Below, piece after piece: positions 8,063 through 17,465 of a stretch of DNA of 64,000 nucleotides. The notes beneath the pieces were generated by a model. It made no database searches. It had not been told where the DNA came from and saw nothing but the letters and a program-made list of their open reading frames with translations. Where the stretch lies: sequence record ON529857.1; one strand, 5' to 3'. Position 1 is the stretch's first letter; the number at the start of each line of letters is the position of its first letter. A program made the position numbers and the translations under genes.

Positions 8063-8817
8063 CAGTCACTCTCCATCAACAGGGACTGGATGCGATCCCA
8101 GCCCGCGCTGTCGATCTTGTCAAGCGCCGACAGGAACAACCCGACCAGGCGATCCTTAGACACCTGGGGTCCCGCCATGCCGTGCTGCGGTGGTTGACCG
8201 CGCGGCGCGATGATGCCGGCCCAGGAATCCTCCTGGTTGAACTTCTTCATCACCGTCAGGGTGACGTTGTGGCCTCGGCTCTCGTGATAGCGGCGCTTCG
8301 GGAAGCTGTAGGTGTCGCCCGCCATCAGCACCTGAACGCCGCCGATTTTGACGTCCACGCCTCGGCGACGAATCGTCGGCTCCTCCGAGCCGAGATGAGC
8401 CGGCATGACTTCCCACTCATCGAACGATCCGTATCCGGGGACGAACTGGTCTCCCGATCCCGCCGTTTGAACGGCGCCTTCACCCACGTCGAGGAAGATG
8501 TTCGTCACCGCGCCGAGCAGAACCGTGGAGGTGAAATCGAATCGGTGGTCGTGTCGGCAACCGAAGGATTCCGGCTCCGTCGGCAGGTCCGGATGCCATA
8601 GGTGCAGCCGAACGTCCTCGCTCAAGTAGACCTGAGCGAAACCGACACCGGCGTGATAGCGCGGCTTCAGTCGCCCCGCCACCAGGCCGGAGCGCAGGTC
8701 GCCATGAAGCGGATGCCGGCGATCATTGTCAATGATCTCGGCGATCTTCCGATTGGCGGCCTCGGAGGCCTTCTTCAGCGTCGACGGTTTGATGGTCAAT
8801 TCACGTCCCCTTCCCAA
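8062..8817 (-). CDS. Cupin-fold (cysteine-dioxygenase-like) protein
   Basis: RLHLWHP...RHDHRFDFTSTVLLG and YHES metal-binding cupin motifs. Confidence 0.65.
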   Translation of the reverse strand: MGRGRELTIKPSTLKKASEAANRKIAEIIDNDRRHPLHGDLRSGLVAGRLKPRYHAGVGFAQVYLSEDVRLHLWHPDLPTEPESFGCRHDHRFDFTSTVLLGAVTNIFLDVGEGAVQTAGSGDQFVPGYGSFDEWEVMPAHLGSEEPTIRRRGVDVKIGGVQVLMAGDTYSFPKRRYHESRGHNVTLTVMKKFNQEDSWAGIIAPRGQPPQHGMAGPQVSKDRLVGLFLSALDKIDSAGWDRIQSLLMESD

Positions 8818-9710
8818 CCCGCCGGCGCCCGAAAGCCTGCCGCGTTCTTGTGCCCGCCACCACCGAACTCGCCCGCCACGATCGAGACGTTGACCGCGCT
8901 CGGATCGTCCTTGTCGGAACGCAGCGAGAACGAGCGGGACCCATCAGCCGCGTCGAAATAGATCGCTGCGAACGGCTCGCCCTTGCTCATGATGTTCCCG
9001 CCTTCCGAGGCGAAGATATAAGGCAGGTTCGCGACCGGGACATCGTAGCCGCCAATCGTCATGCGGCGCTTCGACGCTTTGATTGCGCCGGCGAGGTCGG
9101 AGTCGAACTTCTTGCAGAGCGCCCGGCCGATGTCGACCGCGATATCGAAGGTTTCGACCATCGACAAACGCACCGCCGCGTCGGACCAGGCCTTGAACGT
9201 CATCGGGGTCAGACCGATCCAGGCGCTGATCTCCTTGGAGGACGGCAGCGCCCACGTCCAGAGATCACGATCCTGGATGTAGCGGACCAGGTCCGGCAGG
9301 CGATCCGCCTCCGTGACGCCGAAGCTGCGCGTGAACGCCGTGACGTCGTCGCCATAGGCGAACTCCCACGCCAGCGCGGCGCCCGACTTGGACATGTCGA
9401 ACACGCCCTTGATCGTGCCGTCTTCGATCATCGGCTCCAGCAGACGCTGCGCCGATTCGTGGTGATCCAGGATGGTGACAGACGCGGCTTCCGACACGAT
9501 CTGCATCAGATCGTCCGGCTTGTAGGAGAAGTCGACCAGAAGGACGTGCTTGCCGGCGACGTCAGGAAGACTGTCAGCCTGATACTTGCCCGGCTGCATC
9601 TCGCAATCGGGCCAGCGCAGCTGGATCGCCCAGGCGGCGGTGAAACCGTCGGCGCAAGGGTGGTGATAGATGCACAGTTCGGGCGTATAGCCCTCAGGAG
9701 CGCGATACAT
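8796..9710 (-). CDS. DHH/DHHA1 family phosphoesterase
   Basis: IYHHPCADGF, VDFSY, ILDHH, DRDLW, FSLRS, GGGGHKNAAGF. Confidence 0.9.
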   Translation of the reverse strand: MYRAPEGYTPELCIYHHPCADGFTAAWAIQLRWPDCEMQPGKYQADSLPDVAGKHVLLVDFSYKPDDLMQIVSEAASVTILDHHESAQRLLEPMIEDGTIKGVFDMSKSGAALAWEFAYGDDVTAFTRSFGVTEADRLPDLVRYIQDRDLWTWALPSSKEISAWIGLTPMTFKAWSDAAVRLSMVETFDIAVDIGRALCKKFDSDLAGAIKASKRRMTIGGYDVPVANLPYIFASEGGNIMSKGEPFAAIYFDAADGSRSFSLRSDKDDPSAVNVSIVAGEFGGGGHKNAAGFRAPAGWEGDVN

Positions 9711-9711
9711 C

Positions 9712-9912
9712 TCAGTCCTCGTCGCTTGCGAGGATTTCGATCTCAGCCGATCCCTCCTGGACCAGCTCCATCGAGTCGTCAGCAGACAGCGACGAGGAGA
9801 TGTAGATTTCGCCGTCTTCGTTGCGGCCGATGACGACGACGTCTTCGAGCTCGGCGTCCATGGCGTCGTCCAGAGCGCGATGGGGCGGGATACGGAACTT
9901 GGGCTTACTCAT
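9712..9912 (-). CDS. Hypothetical acidic protein
   Basis: 66-aa ORF coupled to the DHH gene. Confidence 0.6.
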   Translation of the reverse strand: MSKPKFRIPPHRALDDAMDAELEDVVVIGRNEDGEIYISSSLSADDSMELVQEGSAEIEILASDED

Positions 9913-9945
9913 GTGGGGAACTTTTGAGGAAAAGGAAAAGGTTGG

Positions 9946-10338
9946 TCAGGCGCACGCCGGACAGGGCACGGGATGCGGAGCCGGGACGCCGGCCGTTCGC
10001 ACGACCTTGGCGCCGTAGCAGTTGGAGCAGGCGGCCGGATCGGCCGCCGCTTCCTTCTGCTTCATGGCGGTGATGCGCGCGGTGTGCTCGCAGCAGATGA
10101 AGCGATAGCCGTCTTTCGCGTCATATTTGATCGCGATCGGCAGCGCCTTTTCTTCCATGATCTTGTCGGCGAAATGCCGCAGCTCCCAGGCGGCGCGCAT
10201 GCGGGCGATGTCGAGCGGGAGCTCTTCAACGCCATAGGCGATGCCGTTCGTCATCACGACGTTGGTCTCGGTCTTATCAAGAAACACCGTAGCGATTTGC
10301 GCCGGATCGAGCAGAAACTTGTCGGAAAGAAGCAGCAT
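9946..10338 (-). CDS. Hypothetical protein with C-terminal Zn-finger
   Basis: CSNC...CPAC. Confidence 0.6.
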   Translation of the reverse strand: MLLLSDKFLLDPAQIATVFLDKTETNVVMTNGIAYGVEELPLDIARMRAAWELRHFADKIMEEKALPIAIKYDAKDGYRFICCEHTARITAMKQKEAAADPAACSNCYGAKVVRTAGVPAPHPVPCPACA

Positions 10339-10643
10339 CAGGCGGCCTCCGCCGGGCCGTAGGTCAGCACGCCGACGCGACCTTCATCATCAGGCGGAGA
10401 CAAGGCGATCGCATAGAGCGCGCTGTCCCCCGAAACTTCCGCCGCCAGGCAATCCCGCCACTGCTTCTTCAGGTAGGCGATCGCGATCGGCTCTTCGATC
10501 ACCTCGCACAGGTCGGACCCCCAGTCTTGCCGGCAGATGTAGTGGACGTCTTCACCGTCACGTTGGAACGTCCCGGCCTCGACGATCGTAGCGGGCTCGA
10601 TGAAGAAGGCTTCGCCGTTGCTGCGTTGATGGAGTTGAATCAC
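10338..10643 (-). CDS. Hypothetical protein
   Basis: Stop/start overlap with neighbours. Confidence 0.6.
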   Translation of the reverse strand: MIQLHQRSNGEAFFIEPATIVEAGTFQRDGEDVHYICRQDWGSDLCEVIEEPIAIAYLKKQWRDCLAAEVSGDSALYAIALSPPDDEGRVGVLTYGPAEAA

Positions 10644-11119
10644 AGGATCACCGTCGGGGCGTCGGGCGCCAGGTAAGGTTGAACAGAATGACGCACCCAG
10701 GCGTCATATTCGGACGTCGTGATGCCGTCGGCCGGCTGGGGCCGGATCACGACCAGGCCGCGAAAGCCGTGATACCCCCGCCCCGTGTAGGGGATGGCGG
10801 TCGCCGGGTAGGGAATGACCCGGACGCCGTCATCTCCGGGCACGGCGTCGGGCGACGCCACCAGGGGATAGAGGTCTTCGGCCGCCTGGCGAGAAGGGAC
10901 GCAGTAGACCAGGGCGCCGCGCGGCGTCCCCAGAGCCGGAAGCGCCTGAGTGCGCCGGCCCAGGGCATAGGCGTCCAGCTGATCCTGGGTCGGCTCGTGC
11001 AGATACCGATGCGACGTCGGATAGGTATGACCTTTGCGGCAGGTATCGTTTCCGTCCGGCCGCCGCTCTCGCGACATGCCGTCGTCCCCACAGTGCGGGC
11101 AGTAGCCGAGCATCCCCAT
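10640..11119 (-). CDS. Hypothetical protein with N-terminal Zn-ribbon
   Basis: GYCPHCG...CRKGH. Confidence 0.65.
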   Translation of the reverse strand: MGMLGYCPHCGDDGMSRERRPDGNDTCRKGHTYPTSHRYLHEPTQDQLDAYALGRRTQALPALGTPRGALVYCVPSRQAAEDLYPLVASPDAVPGDDGVRVIPYPATAIPYTGRGYHGFRGLVVIRPQPADGITTSEYDAWVRHSVQPYLAPDAPTVIL

Positions 11120-11433
11120 TACCAGCGCACCAGGAAGCTAGGGCGTCCCGCATGTCCGCCTTGGTAAAACTCGCTGCCGTAGCCCGCCACCTTGAGAGCG
11201 CGCGTCACCTCTTCGATCAGCTCGATCTTTTCCGGCCCCACGCGGGGATCGCCGAACAGTCCATAGATGTCGGTGCTCACCTGGCCCTGGTTGGCGGCAT
11301 GATCGATGCGCGCCTGGACGAGATAAAGCATCTCATCCAGCGTCACATTCGACATGGCGCGACGCACTTCACGCGCCGGCGTCAGGGTGGACATAGACAT
11401 CAGGGGCGCTTCGTCAGTCGATGGCATGATCAC
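11119..11433 (-). CDS. Hypothetical protein
   Basis: Resembles the adjacent 11414-11740 product (AL/VLEDAGY-like segment). Confidence 0.55.
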   Translation of the reverse strand: MIMPSTDEAPLMSMSTLTPAREVRRAMSNVTLDEMLYLVQARIDHAANQGQVSTDIYGLFGDPRVGPEKIELIEEVTRALKVAGYGSEFYQGGHAGRPSFLVRW

Positions 11434-11740
11434 GCTCGGGCCAGGACAGGTTGATGTAGCCGCGCGCCGCGTTCGAACCGGCGTCGACTTGGATCGTGTA
11501 GCCGGCGTCTTCGAGCACAGCGGCGAGGTCTTGCACGTAGGGCGACGGCTTGCCGGTCATCCAGGCGCCGGAATGCGGCTGGCCGACGATCGTGGTCAGA
11601 TCGATCACGGAGCGCCCCAGCGACACGGCCTGCTTCACCGCATAATCGATCTTGGCGTAGACGCCGGTCGGATCGGGCTGAGGCACGTAAAGGCGGGCTT
11701 CAGCGGCGGTGATGAAAGGGGCGGTCTTCTTCTTAGTCAT
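11414..11740 (-). CDS. Hypothetical protein
   Basis: 108-aa coupled ORF. Confidence 0.6.
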   Translation of the reverse strand: MTKKKTAPFITAAEARLYVPQPDPTGVYAKIDYAVKQAVSLGRSVIDLTTIVGQPHSGAWMTGKPSPYVQDLAAVLEDAGYTIQVDAGSNAARGYINLSWPERDHAID

Positions 11741-12072
11741 TAAACGGTCACTCGGTCGAGAAGGTGTTCTGCGATCGCCTCATCCGAAATCGCCGTTTTG
11801 AGCGGACGGCATTCGAAAAAGCGCGCATGATTGGGGTGTTCTGCGATCCACAGCCGCACGAAATAGGCGATGAAATCGTTGGGGACCTTGAACGCGTCGC
11901 CCTTGGTCTGGATGTCGCAATCCCAGCGGATACGGTTAGCCAACAGCCAACCGCTAATCTTCGGCACGCCCGCCTGGAGCGCTTCTTGCGCATAATCCTT
12001 CCAGGCGGCGTAGAACTCAGGATTGGCCTTGTCCCATCGCCGCCAGCGATCAAACTTGGTGACGGTGGTCAC
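11740..12072 (-). CDS. Conserved phage hypothetical protein
   Basis: Start reassigned to GTG 12072; ANPEFY...ISGWLLANRIRW...KVPNDFIAYFVRLW. Confidence 0.65.
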   Translation of the reverse strand: MTTVTKFDRWRRWDKANPEFYAAWKDYAQEALQAGVPKISGWLLANRIRWDCDIQTKGDAFKVPNDFIAYFVRLWIAEHPNHARFFECRPLKTAISDEAIAEHLLDRVTV

Positions 12073-12887
12073 GACTTCCCCATCTCCTGGATGAGGGCGT
12101 CGAAGCGCGCCTTGACCTCTTCTGGCGTCAGGACCTGACCCGCGTCGACCTTCGCCATGGAGCGTTCGACCTTGGCCTCCAGCCACTCGTCGTAGCTTTC
12201 GTGAATGTCGCCGACGGGGGTGATCGCCTGCTTCATGGCGGTGCGGACCGTTTCGGCGTCGCCCTTGCAGGCCGCCTCGATCACGTCACGCGACAGGCCG
12301 GTGGAGCGCATCATGTAGCGGATCGACCGTTCGAGCAGTTCGGCGGCGGTCAGCTCCGGCACCTCGACCGCCACGGCGTCCTTCATCGTCCCGAACATGT
12401 AGACGTCGACCTTGGAATGGCGCGTCGACAGCCAGGTGGTGAAGGCCGCTTTCAGCGCCGCTTGAACCGCGTCGTCAGTCCCGGCGTGATCCGTCGCGAT
12501 GTTGAAGGCGTCGCTCAGCGCCGTGAGGAGAATCTGTTCATCCTCTTCGGTGAAGGCGAAATCGCTGTCGAAGCCGTCCTCGCCCCAGCAGTCGGCGTTC
12601 TTGTCCAGGAACCACTCAAAGACGTCGTCACGATCGAAGTTCGGTCCCTTGGTCAGGTCGAAGTCCGGCGCGACCGTCAGGCGCTTGTCCGCTTCGGCGA
12701 TGTAGATGGTCGAGCCCGGCTCAGGGCCGAAGGGCTCGTCATGCGCCGACTTCAGCGCCGCCGCCTTGGCGTCGTCGAATGTGTTGAACGGGCCGTGGGC
12801 GTATTCGAATTCTTCGTGATCCGCCCAATAGAAACGGAAGACGCCGTTGGAGGGAGCGTCGGCCCAGTCGGGTTCATTAAACGCCAT
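12069..12887 (-). CDS. Hypothetical acidic protein, 272 aa
   Basis: Long ORF with typical codon use. Confidence 0.7.
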   Translation of the reverse strand: MAFNEPDWADAPSNGVFRFYWADHEEFEYAHGPFNTFDDAKAAALKSAHDEPFGPEPGSTIYIAEADKRLTVAPDFDLTKGPNFDRDDVFEWFLDKNADCWGEDGFDSDFAFTEEDEQILLTALSDAFNIATDHAGTDDAVQAALKAAFTTWLSTRHSKVDVYMFGTMKDAVAVEVPELTAAELLERSIRYMMRSTGLSRDVIEAACKGDAETVRTAMKQAITPVGDIHESYDEWLEAKVERSMAKVDAGQVLTPEEVKARFDALIQEMGKS

Positions 12888-12889
12888 GA

Positions 12890-13063
12890 TCAGGCCCCTT
12901 CCTGCAAGGCCTGGATCAAGGCCGAAACCTCAAGGCGATGAATGATGAAGTCGCACGCGCCCAGGTAATCCTGGCGGCCTTCACCGATCACGCGAACGAA
13001 CGACGCCTCGGGACGAGGATCGTCTCGGCCGGCGGCGTCACAGGGAATGAGTTGAAACGACAT
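12890..13063 (-). CDS. Small hypothetical protein, 57 aa
   Basis: Hand translation MSFQLIPCDAAGRDDP...LIQALQEGA; GGAG upstream; fills a gap. Confidence 0.5.
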   Translation of the reverse strand: MSFQLIPCDAAGRDDPRPEASFVRVIGEGRQDYLGACDFIIHRLEVSALIQALQEGA

Positions 13064-13139
13064 CTGAACTCCTACAGAGACAGCTGGACGTGGATGAGAG
13101 CCGCCAGTTCGACGCAGCGGCGGAACAAAGCGGGGATCA

Positions 13140-14105
13140 TCAGGCGATCTTTGACGTCACCTGGACGCAGGCGGCGGGTGAGGCGAAATAAGCAGGCGCG
13201 GCCGCGCGGTATCCTTCCCGATACGCCGCCGGGGAGCCTTCATGCGGATAGGCGAAAGGCGACATCTGGGAGGGGAACAGTCCGGTGGTCAGAAAGACAT
13301 ACCGGTGCAAGAAGCGATTACGCGCTTCGCTCGGCGACCAGGGTCGGATGGTGAAGGGCAGAGGATCGACGTCGCGCAACAAGGCCCAGACCTCGGTGTC
13401 TTCGGGACGACGCGGCATGAGATCGCGCTTTTCCGTCGCCAGCATCACCAGGTCGATTGCCTTGACCGGCGCGGACATCTTGGTCGGCAGGTTGAAGGTG
13501 CGCGCGATCGACGCCTCAACCCCGTGCTCGATCGCCCGGTAGCAGGGCATCAACTGCTTCAGCGGGCTGGAGACGTCTCCCAACACGCTTTCGGAGGCGT
13601 CATGCAGCAGCGCCTCCAGCTCATAGCCCGGTTCGCAGTTCTCACTCGCCAGTACGCTGTGCTGCGCCACGGTGTAAACAGCATTGGGATCGATGTGCGC
13701 GCCCAGCTGCCCGGTAAAGCGGCAAATCCGCGACAGACCGGCGGCGACGTCTTCGATCGTCAACGGCGTTGTGTCGGGCTCCAGGAAATCGAAGTAGACG
13801 CCAGACGCCAGCTGGATCGACGGGTGCATCTTCAGCTGGTTGATCGTCCCGTCCGCCATCACCTGGATTTCACGCGCCTTGGCGGTGGTGCGTTCTTCCA
13901 GCAGGTCCAGGTAGGCGTCCGCCACCAGAGCGGCGTCGGTGCCGAAATCAGAGCGGCCGGTCCTGGGGTCCGTCTCGGCGATCCGGGTGCGCATCCGCAG
14001 GCGAAGAGCGGCGTTGCGCAGCTGGTCCGGCGTCATCGACAGGCGAAAGCCTTCCAGCTGGAGGTCCTGGGTGCGATTGTTGGCGGCGTCTGCGGCGAGG
14101 CTCAT
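13140..14105 (-). CDS. HD-domain nucleotide phosphohydrolase (YfbR/phage HD family) with N-terminal extension
   Basis: LASGVYFDF, IEDVAAGLSRICRF, YTVAQHSV, ALLHDASE, GDVSSPLK. Confidence 0.88.
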   Translation of the reverse strand: MSLAADAANNRTQDLQLEGFRLSMTPDQLRNAALRLRMRTRIAETDPRTGRSDFGTDAALVADAYLDLLEERTTAKAREIQVMADGTINQLKMHPSIQLASGVYFDFLEPDTTPLTIEDVAAGLSRICRFTGQLGAHIDPNAVYTVAQHSVLASENCEPGYELEALLHDASESVLGDVSSPLKQLMPCYRAIEHGVEASIARTFNLPTKMSAPVKAIDLVMLATEKRDLMPRRPEDTEVWALLRDVDPLPFTIRPWSPSEARNRFLHRYVFLTTGLFPSQMSPFAYPHEGSPAAYREGYRAAAPAYFASPAACVQVTSKIA

Positions 14106-14185
14106 TCCGAGGCCTTAGAAATGGTTAACGCCAGCCGTGATGTCACGGCTGGCGCCCCATGTCAAGATTTACAACAGAGGTGGAG

Positions 14186-14497
14186 TCAGTCTCCTCCGCC
14201 GCCGCCTCCGTCACCCCCGCCGGAACAACCGCCGCCGCCGCCCGAACACGATCCCCCTCCGCCATGGTAATCACCGCCGCCGAAAAAGAAGACGGGAACA
14301 TCGTCCCCAGAATCGTAGCGACGCGACGACACATTGCGGGAAGTCGACCGATAGTCCATCCGCCTGGGTTCGGCCGACGTCAACGGGAAGAGTTCACGAG
14401 GTCCGCTCGTGGGGCGGCGTTTGCCGGCGGCGCCCAGCAGGGCTATCACGACGACGAACACCGTAAAGAAGATGCCGACGAAAATGAGGTCAGCCAT
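14186..14497 (-). CDS. Membrane-anchored protein with Gly-rich tail
   Basis: N-terminal TM MADLIFVGIFFTVFVVVIALLGAA; GGGGSCSGGGGG tail. Confidence 0.65.
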   Translation of the reverse strand: MADLIFVGIFFTVFVVVIALLGAAGKRRPTSGPRELFPLTSAEPRRMDYRSTSRNVSSRRYDSGDDVPVFFFGGGDYHGGGGSCSGGGGGCSGGGDGGGGGGD

Positions 14498-14654
14498 TTG
14501 GTTTCCTTCCGACAAACATGACGATTTGATAATCGCCGTCCGGCGAAATGCCGGTGGTGAAGTTGAGCGGCCCGACGCGGATGTCGCCGAACCAGGGCGA
14601 GGCGATGATGAAAATCAGGAACAGCCAGATTCCCGCGAAGACCGCGCCCCACAT
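14490..14654 (-). CDS. Small membrane protein, 54 aa
   Basis: Hand translation MWGAVFAGIWLFLIFIIASPWFG...; overlaps neighbours. Confidence 0.55.
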   Translation of the reverse strand: MWGAVFAGIWLFLIFIIASPWFGDIRVGPLNFTTGISPDGDYQIVMFVGRKPNG

Positions 14655-14935
14655 CACAGACGCCCCGACATGAAGTTGCGATGAAGGCCCAGCACCTGGG
14701 GGTCCTTCACCTTATTCGTCTGGGTGGGGCAGAGCCGGCGGCAGATCGCCACGATCTGACGTTCGCGCGCCTGACGGGTCTCTTCGTCAACCACTTCGAT
14801 CGGATTGACGTCCGCCTTGGCGAAGGCAGCGATGTAGGTGCGACTGTTCATCGCCCCGGACAGCGTGGCGCGTTTGGTCTCGCTTGCCGGATTGATCCGG
14901 TCCGTCTTATGGCGTTCGTCGATATTGCGGAACAT
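14654..14935 (-). CDS. Hypothetical protein
   Basis: 93-aa coupled ORF. Confidence 0.55.
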   Translation of the reverse strand: MFRNIDERHKTDRINPASETKRATLSGAMNSRTYIAAFAKADVNPIEVVDEETRQARERQIVAICRRLCPTQTNKVKDPQVLGLHRNFMSGRL

Positions 14936-14937
14936 GG

Positions 14938-15360
14938 TTACAGGGTCAGGACGCGGACAGGGCCGCCGGAATAGATGTCGTACTCAAGCGCACAGTGCAC
15001 CGCCTCGGACGCCGTAGCGCCGGCCGCCATGGCACCCAACGCGAGTTCACGGCCGGACCCCAGGGCGAAGTAGGGGCGATCCACGGTCAGGGAGCCGTAT
15101 TCGCTGAACAACACCGCATGGCCCGAAGGCGCGATGATGAAGCCGGTGCTTTCGGCGCCGCTGGATTCCATCGGGCAGCGCCCGTGGGCGCCTTTGCGGA
15201 CCCAGGCCATGAACGACACCACGGCCGCCCAGGTCCCAACGCCGCCGAACAGGACGCCGCGATGACTTTCGATCTTCACGGCGGAGCCTTCGCGGATGCC
15301 GTTCATCGTGACAAGGGAATCCGACGCCAGAACGCCGTCTCGATAAGCGATAGTGGTCAC
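14938..15360 (-). CDS. Ntn-hydrolase, proteasome-beta/HslV-like peptidase
   Basis: Start GTG 15360 gives (M)TTIAYRDGVLASDS with N-terminal Thr; YFALGSGRELALGAM, A..A...DIYSGG. Confidence 0.75.
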   Translation of the reverse strand: MTTIAYRDGVLASDSLVTMNGIREGSAVKIESHRGVLFGGVGTWAAVVSFMAWVRKGAHGRCPMESSGAESTGFIIAPSGHAVLFSEYGSLTVDRPYFALGSGRELALGAMAAGATASEAVHCALEYDIYSGGPVRVLTL

Positions 15361-15653
15361 GCAGGCTCGGTGGTTCGGGGTTTGCTGGATCGATAACGCT
15401 GCGGCACGGGCCAGCACGTCAGCAGGCTCTCGCCGGCGAACAGATAGAGATTGCCGCCGTGGACGCGGATGTTGGTCGCCTTGCGCTCGGACAGATAGAG
15501 ACCGTCCAGGTAACGCCGGAACGATCCGCTGAACGCCTTGGGCGGCGCGCCCTGCTCCAGCGCGGTTTCGGCCTGGCGCTGAACCGCCTTGCGCGGAATC
15601 CCCATACGCTTACGCGCGCGCAGCTCCGCGTGTTCGGTTACATGGGCGCTCAT
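15357..15653 (-). CDS. Hypothetical protein
   Basis: HVTEHAELRARKRMGI; 98-aa coupled ORF. Confidence 0.6.
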   Translation of the reverse strand: MSAHVTEHAELRARKRMGIPRKAVQRQAETALEQGAPPKAFSGSFRRYLDGLYLSERKATNIRVHGGNLYLFAGESLLTCWPVPQRYRSSKPRTTEPA

Positions 15654-15925
15654 GACACGCTCGCCATTTCGGCAGAGATGCGCTCGCTCGTCGCCAGGAA
15701 AGCGATCAGGTCCTCGACCTCGCGCTGATGCGCCGGAGTCAAGTCGGTCAGGCGACAGATCATGCGCTCCATCCGAGCATAGTCAGAGGATGTCATGACG
15801 ACGAGATGGGCGTATTCACCCGCGCTGCCCACGAGAACCGGTTCGACCAACGCCTTGCGCTGGATTTCCCGCCAGCCCAAGGTGTCGCTCGGCGTTGAGA
15901 TTCTCTGCATCAGGTGCATCTTCAT
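15650..15925 (-). CDS. Phd/YefM-like antitoxin-fold protein
   Basis: KALVEPVLV...HLVVMTSSDY matches the Phd/YefM N-terminal pattern. Confidence 0.5.
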   Translation of the reverse strand: MKMHLMQRISTPSDTLGWREIQRKALVEPVLVGSAGEYAHLVVMTSSDYARMERMICRLTDLTPAHQREVEDLIAFLATSERISAEMASVS

Positions 15926-15933
15926 GGCGTCTC

Positions 15934-16215
15934 CTATCCGGCTCGGCCGGGTTTGGCGGGTCGCATGTCGTAGGGGTTGGACCGCATCCCCAGGGGGATG
16001 GTGTCGTTCAACTCAGCCTGCGCCGGCTCGTAGATCGAGTAGTCGGAATCGTTGAGCACGATCCCGAAGAAGTTCCGGGTGTAGCGACGATAAAAGGTAT
16101 GGGCGTGCTTCTCCGTGTCTTCGATAAACGCCAGGGTGCGTCCCGTCACCGACGCGCCGATCGCGCGAAGCTTATCCACGCCGGTCGGGTTGAGAGTGGC
16201 GATGTAACGGGGCAT
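15934..16215 (-). CDS. Hypothetical protein
   Basis: 93-aa ORF. Confidence 0.55.
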   Translation of the reverse strand: MPRYIATLNPTGVDKLRAIGASVTGRTLAFIEDTEKHAHTFYRRYTRNFFGIVLNDSDYSIYEPAQAELNDTIPLGMRSNPYDMRPAKPGRAG

Positions 16216-16279
16216 TCAAGCATCCTGACACAGAGCGTCAGCGATACTGACACAGTTCTGGCGTTTTGGAAAGTTCGTC

Positions 16280-16870
16280 CTAGACCGTGGTTGCGCGATT
16301 GGCGCGCGTCCACTTCCGCAGGTTGGCGTCGAACAGCGCCAGGATCGGGTAGAAACGAACCTGCCACCGCAGGAAGGCGGCGTATCGCGGCGTCCCTTCT
16401 TCGGGATGGAAGTAGACGTAGATGCGCTCGCGCCAGGTAGCCGGCGGGGTCGAGGTGCTGCCGGAGCGGCGCCGCGAATACTTCATCTCGCCAATCGCGC
16501 GAAAACCGAGTTCATTCACGCGGGCGGTTTTCGCCAGCGGCGGCGTCGGGAAGTGGGGATGCACCTGGCCCGAAGACATGTGGTTGGGGCGAATGGTTTC
16601 CGACGTCATCCAGTCCGGTCGCAGCGGGCCGCGATTACACACCTCCGGCTCCGGTGTCGGATGCTGTCGGTGGTGCTGCCGGCGTTTCTCATTCGCCTGA
16701 TCGAACAGTCGTGAAGCGTCCTTGGCGGCCTGGCGCATGTTCGCCTTGGCGGCGTAGGCGCGCGCGTTGGCCTCCTCCCATTCACGGCGATTGAGGCTGA
16801 CCTGCTTGAGGTGGAGTTTCGCCTGGGCGTCCAGGGCGTCCGCGTCGGTCAGAAGGGTCGGCTTAAGCAT
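16280..16870 (-). CDS. Hypothetical protein with N-terminal coiled coil
   Basis: 196-aa ORF. Confidence 0.55.
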   Translation of the reverse strand: MLKPTLLTDADALDAQAKLHLKQVSLNRREWEEANARAYAAKANMRQAAKDASRLFDQANEKRRQHHRQHPTPEPEVCNRGPLRPDWMTSETIRPNHMSSGQVHPHFPTPPLAKTARVNELGFRAIGEMKYSRRRSGSTSTPPATWRERIYVYFHPEEGTPRYAAFLRWQVRFYPILALFDANLRKWTRANRATTV

Positions 16871-17465
16871 TCGCGCTCTCCGTGTGCATCTCCAGAGCGG
16901 TCGAAGACCAGTGCGGCCGATGCAGCACTTCGCCGGAAGGCATTTTCGCAGGATCGGCGCGGGTCAGCGTGGTGACGTAGGTCAGGGCCTCCTCCAACGT
17001 GTCGAAAGGCTGCGCGGGGGAACCTTCGGCGGTCTTCCAGCCGGCGACCGAAAAAACATCGCGCATTTGGTGGTAGTTAGGGTTCACCTGATGGTAGAAA
17101 CGATGGCGGATAATCGAAGCGATCTTTTCTCCGTCGACATGGATGACGGCGAACGAAGACTGCGTTCTCGTGGCGGTGTTCTCGATGTCGCGGTAAGCGT
17201 AGGCGAACGAAGCGTAAAACGCTTGCGCCTTATCAACATCAATGTTCGGGGCGGGTTCTTCACGGGGGGCCATCACGGCACGAGCGCATTGGGCCGCAGC
17301 ATGAGCCGCCGCCGCCCGTCGGCGCGCGGTCTGAGCGGCGGTCTTCGCTGCGTCAGCCTGCTGAGCCAAAGCCGCGTACTGCCGCTGGAGCTCCGACGCT
17401 TTCTTCAGCTCTTCCTTCAGGATGTCATCGAGAAGGCGCAGGTTTCCAAGGTCGTTCTCACTCAT
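16863..17465 (-). CDS. Hypothetical protein with N-terminal coiled coil
   Basis: 200-aa coupled ORF. Confidence 0.65.
   Translation of the reverse strand: MSENDLGNLRLLDDILKEELKKASELQRQYAALAQQADAAKTAAQTARRRAAAAHAAAQCARAVMAPREEPAPNIDVDKAQAFYASFAYAYRDIENTATRTQSSFAVIHVDGEKIASIIRHRFYHQVNPNYHQMRDVFSVAGWKTAEGSPAQPFDTLEEALTYVTTLTRADPAKMPSGEVLHRPHWSSTALEMHTESANA

Noticed and set aside
13140-14105. DatZ / 2-aminoadenine (Z-genome) pathway
   Set aside because: An HD hydrolase alone is not diagnostic; no PurZ or MazZ is in the window.
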